64,000 nt of DNA, taken from a bacterium (GTDB taxonomy: Bacteria; Hydrothermota; UBA3073; JACQXS01). The stretch spans positions 996-64,995 of the forward strand of contig JAUWHX010000092.1 of assembly GCA_030605695.1 (NCBI GenBank), given 5' to 3'. The notes beneath the pieces were generated by a model. The model had not been told where the DNA came from, ran no database searches, and was given only the letters and a program-made list of their open reading frames with translations. A program made the position numbers and the translations under genes. Positions 1 through 8,547 of this stretch are shown here, one piece after another (position 1 is the stretch's first letter; every line of letters begins with the position of its first letter).

Positions 1-673
1 AAAACGCTGGTACAATACTTGCTTGCGTTCGTCTTGCAAGCTCAAAAATCCCTTCGGGAAAAGAAAACGGCTTCCCAAAAAAGTTAGCTTCTTCGGTGGG
101 ACCTGAGTAAGCTCGGTCTCCAAGAGTAGCTACTACCTTGCCTTTCCTCAAAGCAAAAACTGCAGGAAACAATCTTTCTTCCACATAGACAACTTTCATT
201 CCAACTGCCTCGCGCCTACCGGTAAAGAAATTTTTTATATATCTTGATACTTGTGGAAATGCAATTACTGTCGGAGAATAACCTAAAATCCCAAGCATTC
301 CTGCTCCCAGTTCCCAATTGCCAAGATGTGCTGTGAGAACCAACACACCTTTTTCCTTTTTTAGAGCAGTATCAAGATATTCCTGATGCTCAATATCAAG
401 CCAATCCGACAAATTTTCCTTGTTAAGCTTTGGAAGTATCAAAAACTCATAAATAATCTTTGCAAAATTCTCATAAATTCTCAGAACTAATTCCTTTGCC
501 TCTGTAGAACTAATATTCTTATGAACCCTTTTTAAATTTGAGATTACTATCCTCCCCCTTTTTCCGTAAAATGTAAAATACCCAAAATTTGCTATCTTCT
601 TCGCGGTAAATATAGCTAACTTCGGTGGCATTACATGCGACAAAAAAATAAACCCCCAATAAATAATCGCCAT
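1..673 (-). CDS. LpxL/HtrB-family lipid A acyltransferase, partial (C-terminus lies beyond window start)
   Basis: Not in ORF track because it runs off the edge. Own translation from ATG at 673: MAIIYWGFIFLSHV...EKGVLVLTAHLGNWELGAGMLG...GDRAYSGPTEEANFFGKPFSFPEGIFELARR, open to base 1. HLGNWE is the Hx4(D/E) acyltransferase box. The start overlaps the upstream stop (TAATG). Confidence 0.7.
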   Translation of the reverse strand, partial: MAIIYWGFIFLSHVMPPKLAIFTAKKIANFGYFTFYGKRGRIVISNLKRVHKNISSTEAKELVLRIYENFAKIIYEFLILPKLNKENLSDWLDIEHQEYLDTALKKEKGVLVLTAHLGNWELGAGMLGILGYSPTVIAFPQVSRYIKNFFTGRREAVGMKVVYVEERLFPAVFALRKGKVVATLGDRAYSGPTEEANFFGKPFSFPEGIFELARRTQASIVPAF

Positions 674-903
674 TACTTAGAAACTATCTTGAAATTTTGT
701 ATACCCCATACGTGACATTCAGGACAACCTACAGGTTCCCCAATCTTTGCATCTCCAACACAATTCTCTTTCACCCAATTTGGAATATCCGACTTATACT
801 CCGGCTCATCAGTATTCGTTGCTACACAATAAGTATGGTCAGCAAATTGAAAAATCAGACTATCCCCTTCATACCCACAATTTCTGCATTTATATCGTTT
901 CAC
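673..903 (-). CDS. Small zinc-ribbon protein (hypothetical)
   Basis: 76 aa with two CxxC pairs (CRNCGYEG ... CPECHVWG). Overlaps both neighbours, so it is operonic with the lpxL-like gene. Confidence 0.5.
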   Translation of the reverse strand: MKRYKCRNCGYEGDSLIFQFADHTYCVATNTDEPEYKSDIPNWVKENCVGDAKIGEPVGCPECHVWGIQNFKIVSK

Positions 904-1141
904 TTTTATCCCAATTATAGTAAGTTTCCATTACCTCGTTATACATCTCAGTTTCAAGGTTTTCACTCCACTTATCTTTTTTTAACTTGGCACCCAGAAC
1001 ATTACCTAAATGCACTTGTGCGAAAATTAAAAACTTCCTTCGCTCAACAATATCTGGTGGATATGGAGCAATATCTGGTTTATTAACTCTAAGTTCATAG
1101 TCAATTTTTTCGAACTCTTGTTCAACTTGTTTTTTGGTCAT
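890..1141 (-). CDS. Hypothetical protein
   Basis: 83-aa ORF on the same strand with a 14-nt overlap onto the downstream zinc-ribbon ORF. No motif recognised. Confidence 0.4.
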   Translation of the reverse strand: MTKKQVEQEFEKIDYELRVNKPDIAPYPPDIVERRKFLIFAQVHLGNVLGAKLKKDKWSENLETEMYNEVMETYYNWDKSETI

Positions 1142-1220
1142 TTTTTCACTCCCATTCAGGAAAACAACAATCTAAATTCACTATGTAGTTTCACGCTTAT
1201 TTCTTGTTAAGATTGATTGC

Positions 1221-1748
1221 TTATAGCTTTAGTTGTATCAGCTTATTATCTATTTCCTCAAGACCATCGTATACTTTCGAAAAGTTATCTTTTGTTTTCG
1301 AAGGTGCAGCAATTTGAGAAGTTGTCTCTTTAAGATGTTTATGGGCATGTTTGTCTCTATCTACTTTTAAGCTTCCCAATACAGATTTCATAATGTGAAA
1401 CTTTCTACTGTCAATACTGTTCTCAAGTTCTTCAACCTTGATTATTCCTATTGTCTTGATAAGCATATCTCTAAATTTTTCATAATTAAAGGTGTGGGTA
1501 AGTTTAATAACTGTCTTTTCAATATAGTCCTGATTAACACTCATTTTTAAGTGCCTGTTTGCACAGTTACGAATAATATAATCCATTGATTCTTCAATCC
1601 ATCCACAAACTTCCAAAATTGCTAATTTAGAAACTAATTTAGGCCATTTGGGGTCAATTTTAGAAAATTCTGGATCATTGTAAAGTTGCTCTAATAAAAG
1701 GAGGATTTTAGAAATATCACTTTGAAGAATCATGTCAATTACCTGCAA
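1221..1748 (-). CDS. HEPN-like protein, putative partner of the DUF262 protein
   Basis: 175 aa, helical. RDKHAH near the C-terminus fits the HEPN Rx4-6H motif. 14-nt overlap with the upstream DUF262 gene. Confidence 0.45.
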   Translation of the reverse strand: MQVIDMILQSDISKILLLLEQLYNDPEFSKIDPKWPKLVSKLAILEVCGWIEESMDYIIRNCANRHLKMSVNQDYIEKTVIKLTHTFNYEKFRDMLIKTIGIIKVEELENSIDSRKFHIMKSVLGSLKVDRDKHAHKHLKETTSQIAAPSKTKDNFSKVYDGLEEIDNKLIQLKL

Positions 1749-2832
1749 ATATTTCTTTTGCTACAAGTAGTCTATCTATAACTTTGCTTTTACCTGCTAA
1801 ACCCTCGCTTAGGCTTTGTTCACTAAACTTCTCATGCTTTCGTAATTTGTTATACATAGAACGTACCAAATTCTTTGGTTTATGCTCAAGAGAGTCTAGA
1901 TTAAATGATACTCCTACTAGTAAAGCTTCTAAGACAGTAATACTGAGCTTTTCATCAGGTTTGAAAATCTTTTCATAGATAATCTTAACCGTACGTTCAA
2001 AAAGTATTCTTTTTTCATTGAGAGATTTTGCATCTATATCTTTATTATCTCTCATATAATTACTCAAGAAACTTGCGAGCTTACCGTTGTAATCTTCGTA
2101 CTTATTATTGAAAGTAAATAATCGCAAAATCAACTCTTGCTTAGTAAACCTATATCCTTCAGGGCTTTTCATTTTATTAATTTCCATCCATTGTTGATTT
2201 TTATCCAGTTCTTTCAAAAGCTTGTTGAAAGATCCACCATAAATGCAATTCCGAATTTCTTGGTTGTTGAGCTTCATACCTCCTGTATTGAGTCGGTGAA
2301 AAATTGTAAAGAGATACTCTGTATGGGGTTTCTTAGAATAATCACATCTTAATACAGTTATAGGCAGAGTTAAATTTTCAACACGAGTGTAGTATAAATG
2401 AAGAGGAGATTTTCTATCGATAAATTCAGAAATAGACTTTCCAGCAATTTTAGGATCAATGTCATCTAATTTGGAAAGAGTCCAATTTTTGTCAGATAGA
2501 AAACGAATTATAGTAGCCATACGTTGGAGACCATCAATTACTTGATATTTCTCTGTTTTATAATCTAAACTGAAGCACATACTTGGAATAGGCATTTTTT
2601 TTATAAGAGAATCTATAAATCTTGTTTGATCAGGACCTTTCCATACCTTTTCTCTCTCAAACTCAGGTTGAATATTAAGAACTCCTGGTTCTCCTTCTTT
2701 TGATTGTTGCATCCGATAAAGGTCTGCACAAGACCTGAGCTCATTGTAAGCAATTATGTCTGGTGGTGGTATTTTTGGGCTATCTTCTTCGTATAAAATG
2801 TTTTCTTCAGCTTCCTTGAGATTAATTGCCAT
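1735..2832 (-). CDS. DUF262 (ParB-like / GmrSD N-terminal type) domain protein
   Basis: IQPEFEREKVW...RFIDSLIKKMPIPSMCF...VIDGLQRMATI matches the DUF262 signature, including the DGQQR-type box. Confidence 0.85.
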   Translation of the reverse strand: MAINLKEAEENILYEEDSPKIPPPDIIAYNELRSCADLYRMQQSKEGEPGVLNIQPEFEREKVWKGPDQTRFIDSLIKKMPIPSMCFSLDYKTEKYQVIDGLQRMATIIRFLSDKNWTLSKLDDIDPKIAGKSISEFIDRKSPLHLYYTRVENLTLPITVLRCDYSKKPHTEYLFTIFHRLNTGGMKLNNQEIRNCIYGGSFNKLLKELDKNQQWMEINKMKSPEGYRFTKQELILRLFTFNNKYEDYNGKLASFLSNYMRDNKDIDAKSLNEKRILFERTVKIIYEKIFKPDEKLSITVLEALLVGVSFNLDSLEHKPKNLVRSMYNKLRKHEKFSEQSLSEGLAGKSKVIDRLLVAKEIFAGN

Positions 2833-2920
2833 AATTACCTCCTATAATCTAATACTTATTTGTGGTATAAATAGCTTTATTTTTCATCAATTAACTAATC
2901 TAAATCCTCTACATTTTACA

Positions 2921-2995
2921 TCGGGGAGACTGGATTCGAACCAGCGACCCCCAGCCCCCCATGCTGGTGCGCTAACCAAGCTGCGCCACTCCCCG
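2921..2995 (-). tRNA. tRNA-Pro(GGG): tRNA-Pro (anticodon GGG)
   Basis: The reverse complement reads CGGGGAGTGGCGCAGCTTGGTTAGCGCACCAGCATGGGGGGCTGGGGGTCGCTGGTTCGAATCCAGTCTCCCCGA. It folds as a cloverleaf with anticodon loop AUGGGGG and a GGTTCGAATCC T-arm. 75 nt, no encoded CCA. Confidence 0.9.
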
Positions 2996-3013
2996 AAAAT
3001 TCAAAAAACGTGA

Positions 3014-3081
3014 TTCGTGTTGGTGGTTCGTGTCCGTGACAGTCTTTTCTACCACCACGAACCACGGTCACGACCCACGAA
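3014..3081. promoter_or_regulatory. Cluster of four TTCGTG/CACGAA hexamers (two direct, two inverted) between the MerR-like gene and tRNA-Pro
   Basis: TTCGTG at 3014 and 3027; CACGAA at 3056 and 3076. GTGGTTCGTG and CACGAACCAC can form a 10-bp stem. No U-tract follows. Confidence 0.3.
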
Positions 3082-3093
3082 ATAATTTGCATT

Positions 3094-3453
3094 TTAAGTT
3101 TTCAGTATTTCAAGTATCTCCTTCAAGCCCTGCTGAATCTCTTGTAGAATATTTTTGTCTGCCTCTCCCCCATCTACTTTTGGATGTACCTCCTCATTAG
3201 AAGAAGCTCCACCATTATTTTTTAACTTCTTCCTTGCTCCCTCAATACTGTAACGTTCTTCATAAAGTAATCTCTTGATAGAAGAAATTAAGTCTATCTC
3301 TTTTTTAGTATATGCTCTCCTGCCACCTTTTGTCTTCTTTGGATGAAGCTCCTTGAATTCCTCCTCCCAATACCTAAGAACAGGGGGCTTTACATCTATG
3401 AGCTTTGCCACCTCAGATATTGAGTAATAATACTTCACTTTCAACAAATACAA
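3094..3453 (-). CDS. MerR-family transcriptional regulator
   Basis: N-terminal YSISEVAKLIDVKPPVLRYWEEEF is a MerR-type HTH, followed by a helical tail. Confidence 0.85.
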   Translation of the reverse strand: MYLLKVKYYYSISEVAKLIDVKPPVLRYWEEEFKELHPKKTKGGRRAYTKKEIDLISSIKRLLYEERYSIEGARKKLKNNGGASSNEEVHPKVDGGEADKNILQEIQQGLKEILEILKT

Positions 3454-3469
3454 TGAAACTTATCTTCTG

Positions 3470-4111
3470 TCAAGTGATTAGTTTTATCCCAAAGTAAACT
3501 AAAATCCCTCCGCATATTCTCGTGAAAATATCAAAAATCCTATGTTTCTGAGATATTAAACTTGGAACTCCTCCAGCCAAAACTCCTATCGGAATCAATG
3601 GAGTAAGGAATGTTCCTCCTCCAAAACATCCTCCATAAAAACTTGCTTCCATCAAACTTTTCGCTTCAAATGCAATATACGCAAGAACCCCAAACAACGG
3701 AATACAGGGAGCAAATCCTATAATAAGTCCCAAAAGAATCATTCCCTTTAAATTATTTTGGAGAGGATTTTTCATAAATCTCCTGCAAAATCTGTAATGA
3801 GGACTTTTATTAAAAATAAGCAGTGTCCCTAATATTATAATAATAACTCCTACGCCAAGATATATAAACCGACCGACTCCAGTCTCATAATAGTTTCTAA
3901 TCACCATATGCCCTACCAAAAATGCTATATTTGCAAGAATTATACATACTACTACCCGCGTGAATGAGAAAACCAACACACTCAATAGTCCTCTCATCCA
4001 TCCTTTTTGTGTTCCCGCAATGTAAGATGCAATTACTGGACTACAAAAAGCAAGACAAGGTCCCCATCCCAATACAATCCCCATAATAAATAAATCAGTG
4101 GAAACTTTCAT
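3470..4111 (-). CDS. DsbD_2/CcdA-like thiol-disulfide transmembrane protein
   Basis: Polytopic membrane protein with two GxxPC motifs (GWGPCLAF, GFAPCIPLF), as in cytochrome c biogenesis transmembrane-region proteins. Confidence 0.55.
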   Translation of the reverse strand: MKVSTDLFIMGIVLGWGPCLAFCSPVIASYIAGTQKGWMRGLLSVLVFSFTRVVVCIILANIAFLVGHMVIRNYYETGVGRFIYLGVGVIIIILGTLLIFNKSPHYRFCRRFMKNPLQNNLKGMILLGLIIGFAPCIPLFGVLAYIAFEAKSLMEASFYGGCFGGGTFLTPLIPIGVLAGGVPSLISQKHRIFDIFTRICGGILVYFGIKLIT

Positions 4112-4126
4112 TTCGTGAAATTCGTG
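4112..4126. promoter_or_regulatory. Direct TTCGTG-N3-TTCGTG repeat abutting the start codon of the DsbD-like/MerR operon
   Basis: TTCGTGAAATTCGTG begins 1 nt upstream of the ATG at 4111. It is the same hexamer as in the 3014-3081 cluster. Confidence 0.3.
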
Positions 4127-4181
4127 GTTAAGAAAATCTATGAAATCTGTGGCTCTCTCATATTTAGATTCTTTTTGAACA

Positions 4182-4397
4182 TTACTCGTCCGAACCTTCT
4201 AAAATCTTTTGTGCCTTCTCTACATCTTCCTCGTTCACCATTAATTTTACTCCTTTGATTAATTGAAACTGAGGATATATGCCTCCACAATCATCTGCAA
4301 ATATAATTGCTGTAATACCATTAGCTTCAAGAGCACCCTTAGCAAGTTCAGCAGATTCCCTGCTATTGTAAGTCTGAATACAAACTAACTCTGACAT
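4182..4397 (-). CDS. DUF2007-like small protein (putative signal-transducing fold)
   Basis: 71 aa. The pattern ...ESAELAKGALEANGITAIIF...VNEEDVEKAQKIL resembles DUF2007. Confidence 0.45.
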   Translation of the reverse strand: MSELVCIQTYNSRESAELAKGALEANGITAIIFADDCGGIYPQFQLIKGVKLMVNEEDVEKAQKILEGSDE

Positions 4398-4455
4398 AAG
4401 ACATCCTCCTAAATCAAGATAAGCACAGATTTAAATCTTTAGTTGGAGTTTAATT

Positions 4456-5346
4456 TTATAATCTTTGCCTGCTCCATCTTTTAATTCTACCGAATAAACC
4501 CAATTCACGCTTTATTTTAGGCAAACTTTTAAGAGCTGCTTCTCTTCCTCTCTCCATCAAGAAATCTGCTTTTGAAAAATCAGACCAATGAACCTCATGA
4601 AAATCTGGAGATATTATTATATCAGCATTCACAAGATTCAATGAATTTAATCGGTGCTTCACAATCTCATCTACTCTTAAATTTATTTGAAATGCTGTTC
4701 GCAATTCCCCGACCTCACTAAGCTCTCCCATAAATGATGAACAAATTACAAAATCCGCTCCCATCTCCTTTACTGCTGAAGTTGGAAGTGTTGATGTAGC
4801 CCCACCATCCACTAATATCCCCAGAGAACTCTCAACCGATGGAAAAACCCCAGGGATTGAAGCAGATGCTCGCACCGCATCTCTAATTCGCCCTTCTCTT
4901 ATAACTTTATCCTTTCCTTCTACTAAATCAATTGCTACTGCCGCAAACGGTATCTTAGTCTCAGAAATAAGAGCATCTCCAAACATCTTTTCTAAAATTT
5001 GGTTTAACTTATCTGCTTTAACTATATAAGGCTTTAAAAGACTCTTTGCATGTATATACTTTTCTTTTACAAAGTGCACAACATCACGAAATGGCTTTGG
5101 AAGTTCAGCATTTCCAAATAAATTAAAGCCTATATTTTTAAGTTCCGGAGATTCTAATATCTCTTTTGTAATCTCTTTTAGTTTTTTAGCATCTTTATAT
5201 AAAGCATAATATCCGCCAATCACTGCTCCAATTGATGTCCCTGCAATAAAATGAATTGGTATCTTTTCTTCTTCCAGCACTTCAAGCACACCAATATGTG
5301 CAAGTCCATGCGAGCTTCCTCCTCCAAGTGCAAGTCCAACTTTCAT
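4456..5346 (-). CDS. Patatin-like phospholipase
   Basis: GGGSSHGLAHIGV (oxyanion GGxxxG) and GTSIGAVIG (GxSxG), plus a DGG motif (LVDGGATS). Confidence 0.9.
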   Translation of the reverse strand: MKVGLALGGGSSHGLAHIGVLEVLEEEKIPIHFIAGTSIGAVIGGYYALYKDAKKLKEITKEILESPELKNIGFNLFGNAELPKPFRDVVHFVKEKYIHAKSLLKPYIVKADKLNQILEKMFGDALISETKIPFAAVAIDLVEGKDKVIREGRIRDAVRASASIPGVFPSVESSLGILVDGGATSTLPTSAVKEMGADFVICSSFMGELSEVGELRTAFQINLRVDEIVKHRLNSLNLVNADIIISPDFHEVHWSDFSKADFLMERGREAALKSLPKIKRELGLFGRIKRWSRQRL

Positions 5347-5425
5347 ATCAAATCTTTATATCCTGAGTTCGCAACTTCGTCAATATTTTTCTTGACTTTC
5401 AAGACTAATCGTGTAAATTGAAAGT

Positions 5426-5764
5426 ATGAAGAAAAAAACTTGGATATTTGCTACAACACTTCTTGTTATTGCTCTCGGTATTATTCTTTGGAGTACACCA
5501 AGAATTCTCAATATGGCATTTGAAAAATCAACAAGGATGCTTGAGAGAAGTTTCATTGAGAAAGCTTCTCCAGAATATTCATCAAGAATTCATAATGACT
5601 TTGACAGTTTCATCCTTGCATTTAAGAAGAATAAGCTCAAGAGAGAAGATTTGAAAAAACTATCAGAGCTAATAAAATCTGCAAATGAGGATAAAGAACT
5701 TGTTCAGCAAGAAATAGATGAAATATTAGAGTTCATTGAAACAATGACTCCCGGGCTTAAGTAG
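5426..5764 (+). CDS. Hypothetical membrane-anchored protein
   Basis: 112 aa with an N-terminal TM helix (WIFATTLLVIALGIILW) and a helical tail. Its last 12 nt overlap the P1 stem of rnpB. Confidence 0.5.
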   Translation: MKKKTWIFATTLLVIALGIILWSTPRILNMAFEKSTRMLERSFIEKASPEYSSRIHNDFDSFILAFKKNKLKREDLKKLSELIKSANEDKELVQQEIDEILEFIETMTPGLK

Positions 5765-6126
5765 ACTGTGTGATTGCTCTTCCCCGCAATATGCGGGGAG
5801 GGGAGGAAAGTCCGGGCACCATAGGGCAGAGTAGTCCGTAACGCGGACATTCCGATGACGAGAGTTGTCGGGACTGGAAAGTGCCACAGAAACTATACCG
5901 CCCGGTATATAAATTATGTGCTGGGCAAGGGTGAAATAGTGAGGTAAGAGCTCACTGCTCCGTCAGCAATGGCGGGGTGGGTAAACCCTACTTGGTGCAA
6001 GACCAAATAAAGGAGATAGGTGGTCCCGCCTTCCCACATATTAATTTGTGTGCGGAACTCCTTGAGTAGGTCGCTTAGATTAATAATCACCTGGACAGAA
6101 CCCGGCTTATAGGTCTGCTTAAGCCC
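5753..6126 (+). ncRNA. rnpB: RNase P RNA, bacterial type A
   Basis: GAGGAAAGTCCGGGC (P4 5' strand), ACAGAAA, GGGTGAAA, GGTAAGAGC, GGTAAACCC and ACAGAACCCGGCTTA (P4 3' strand). The P1 stem pairs GGGCTTAAGTAGAC (5753-5766) with GTCTGCTTAAGCCC (6113-6126). Confidence 0.9.
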
Positions 6127-6176
6127 CTTATTAACTTTTTGAGAAACGATAGTATGCAAAAAATATAGGAGGAAAG

Positions 6177-6827
6177 ATGAAAAAGATAATTTATGCTATA
6201 ATTTTGGGAGTAGCATTAGTAAATGTTTGTTATAGTAGGGATGAAGGAACAAATCTTGCCGAGAGAATAGGTCCTATTGAAGTTTATGGTGATATAGGAT
6301 TATCTTCTGCATTATCTCCTGAAGCTCTTAAAGATTATCGTAGGACGGGATTTAATTTTGGCATCGGAGCAGGTAAAGGAATGAATATGAATGTTGGAAA
6401 GTTTGATATTTCTGTTGGAGGAAGAATTGATTACAGTAGTTTAGACTTCTATGTGGATGAATTCTTGAGAAAAGAAAAAGGTATTGAGGAAGGTTACTCA
6501 ATAACAGGAGGAGAAACCTCCATTCTTACTCTTTTAGGAACTGCCAAAGTTATTCTATCTGGTATAATATCCCCATATTTCTATGGAGGACTGGGATTTT
6601 TTAGATTCTCAATAAAGGACGCAACAATGTATGACCTAATATCTTATGAGAATGAACCTATTCCAGGCAGTTCAGAAAACACTTTTGGAATTTCTCTGGG
6701 AGCAGGTGTTGAAGCAGGAACTCCTTTTGGATTATTTGCTGAGGGACAATATATTATTGGATTTACAGAGAGTAGTACTCAATTGCTTTTCCCAATAAAA
6801 TTAGGCGTAATTTATAAGTGGGAATAG
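6177..6827 (+). CDS. Outer-membrane beta-barrel protein (OmpA-like/porin-family fold)
   Basis: Signal peptide MKKIIYAIILGVALVNVCYS, alternating Gly/aromatic beta-strand pattern, RBS AGGAGG upstream. Confidence 0.6.
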   Translation: MKKIIYAIILGVALVNVCYSRDEGTNLAERIGPIEVYGDIGLSSALSPEALKDYRRTGFNFGIGAGKGMNMNVGKFDISVGGRIDYSSLDFYVDEFLRKEKGIEEGYSITGGETSILTLLGTAKVILSGIISPYFYGGLGFFRFSIKDATMYDLISYENEPIPGSSENTFGISLGAGVEAGTPFGLFAEGQYIIGFTESSTQLLFPIKLGVIYKWE

Positions 6828-6918
6828 AAGATAAGAGCAATTAATGGAATCAAGGAAAATATTATTAGGCATTTAGAAATATTTATATAACTGCTATTTT
6901 GTTTTCAGTTAAAGTAAC

Positions 6919-6962
6919 GGAGGGTTAGTCCTAACTGGTAAGGCAGCGGACTTGAAATCCGT
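6919..6962 (+). pseudogene. tRNA-Ser(UGA) 5' fragment, positions 1-43 only; variable arm, T-arm and acceptor 3' strand are missing
   Basis: GGAGGGT TA GTCC TAACTGGTA AGGC A GCGGA CTTGAAA TCCGT, then unrelated AT-rich sequence. I found no matching 3' half elsewhere in the window. Confidence 0.7.
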
Positions 6963-7147
6963 TTTTATATGATTTTGCATCTCTTTATTTGTTCGTTAAA
7001 TATCTTTAAACTCCTTGTTATTCCGTTATTTTGAGAGATTTAACTCCCATCTCATATCTCTCATAATTTCCATATTTCTGCATGTTAGTGGTAACAAATT
7101 GGTAACAAGAGACCTGTGGAATTGTATGCAAGTGCTCCATGTATTCT

Positions 7148-7369
7148 TTAAGGAAGAGAATACTCTATTTTCTCTTCTTCCTTTCTAAATCGCTCAATCC
7201 ATTCCTTGATATCATTTTCCTTGAATCGGATGATGTAACCATTGACTTTGTAGCAAGGAATGCTTTGTTCTTTAGCCCAACGATAAAGAGTTTGTTTTGG
7301 AATTGATAATATTTGCGAAAGCTCTTTTATGGAGTAGAATTTTTCCATGTCCGTAATTCTTTTGCTCAT
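7148..7369 (-). CDS. Excisionase-family / MerR-like HTH DNA-binding protein
   Basis: YSIKELSQILSIPKQTLYRWAKEQSIPCYKVNGYIIRFKENDIKEWI matches the excisionase-type HTH pattern. Confidence 0.75.
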   Translation of the reverse strand: MSKRITDMEKFYSIKELSQILSIPKQTLYRWAKEQSIPCYKVNGYIIRFKENDIKEWIERFRKEEEKIEYSLP

Positions 7370-7381
7370 ATATTACAAGCT

Positions 7382-7837
7382 TTATAGCAATTCTTCCACG
7401 ACACTTAACTGTTCTTGTAGCTCCTCCTCCCTGTATTCCCAATAATCAGTCACCTTCCCAACAAATGGATCCACAAAATCAGCTCCAAATACGCCAGCGA
7501 CCCAACTGCGATTATACGGAGAGTTTGCCATCTGTATCATATGCTGGCAATCCTGTATTCCTCGCTCAATCTCATCTCGGGTATTTTCTAAAAGTCTTGT
7601 CGGGTCTCTTTCTTCCAGAACATCTTGATACGGCTGAGGTATTTCATGTATATCTGAATGTTCCTCAATAACTTGCTCTTTTGCTGTTTCTAATTCCTCT
7701 TGCACTGATAAAGGCACCATAGGTTCTTGTATAACTTCCCTGATTGCTGATTGTATCTCTTCTTGTGCTGATTCATACCGGTCCTGAATTGGTTCAAATT
7801 CTCTTTCTAAATCTTCCATATGTGGGTCTATATACAT
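7382..7837 (-). CDS. Acidic hypothetical protein
   Basis: Start moved to the ATG at 7837 (MYIDPHMEDLE), which is preceded by GGAAGGAG. The longer track ORF would overlap the upstream gene by 64 nt. Confidence 0.45.
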   Translation of the reverse strand: MYIDPHMEDLEREFEPIQDRYESAQEEIQSAIREVIQEPMVPLSVQEELETAKEQVIEEHSDIHEIPQPYQDVLEERDPTRLLENTRDEIERGIQDCQHMIQMANSPYNRSWVAGVFGADFVDPFVGKVTDYWEYREEELQEQLSVVEELL

Positions 7838-7839
7838 AA

Positions 7840-8547
7840 TTATTCTCCTTCCCCCACGGATTGAGCCTTTTGGGCTTCTTTTCTCAATCTGCAATCTTGC
7901 CAATTACAGTTAATTCTATTGTGAATACTGCCGAGATTTCTGATGTATCCACACGAGAATTTGTATTTCACTGGATTGTCATAAACGCTTTTAATTGCAC
8001 TCATTGTGCTGTTTTTCAGTTTTGAGCCTCTTGCTCCAGTTAATGATTTTGGGATTCTCCTTGCCCACGGGAGGATTATGTTTATTGCCTCTTGGAGTAA
8101 CTCTCCTTTATCCCTTAAATATACGGCAAGACAAAGTGTAGCAGGATTTCTGGTACTCACTCTTTTAATCCCGTTCTTATACAAATCAATTATACAAGCA
8201 GGAGGGTCTGTATTCTTTATTGAAGTCGTTTGTAATGGTGCTTCTTTGGAAGCATGGTTGGAATTTTCATAGTATTTTACCTCATCTCTGAACCATTTTG
8301 CAGCGAATTCATTTGTATCTATATCCTCGTCATCATAAAAGGTAGGTCTGGGATTTCTGGCAAGTTCTCTTATTGATTCTATAGAAAGAGCTTTTAATTC
8401 CCATGGATCAAGCTCTATCTTGTAAAGTGACTCATTCCCAGAACGGGTGCTATTGGGTAACTTCATAACTCGCCTCACGTTGTAGATTGACATATCTAAG
8501 GTTTTTAAGCAAAGTAACTTCTTAAGCCGTCCAGCAATGCTTTTCAT
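7840..8547 (-). CDS. Archaeo-eukaryotic primase (PriS-like), C-terminal portion carrying motif III
   Basis: LDMSIYNVRRVMKLPNSTRSGNESLYKIEL resembles AEP motif III (D..v..d..R.hRlPgS.h.ksg). The ATG overlaps the stop of the upstream ORF (ATGA). Confidence 0.6.
   Translation of the reverse strand: MKSIAGRLKKLLCLKTLDMSIYNVRRVMKLPNSTRSGNESLYKIELDPWELKALSIESIRELARNPRPTFYDDEDIDTNEFAAKWFRDEVKYYENSNHASKEAPLQTTSIKNTDPPACIIDLYKNGIKRVSTRNPATLCLAVYLRDKGELLQEAINIILPWARRIPKSLTGARGSKLKNSTMSAIKSVYDNPVKYKFSCGYIRNLGSIHNRINCNWQDCRLRKEAQKAQSVGEGE

Noticed and set aside
2756-3013. 85-aa plus-strand ORF
   Set aside because: It runs antisense across the start of the DUF262 gene and the whole tRNA-Pro gene. No RBS.
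5914-6159. 81-aa minus-strand ORF in the track
   Set aside because: It lies entirely inside the RNase P RNA gene (5753-6126) and is an antisense artefact.
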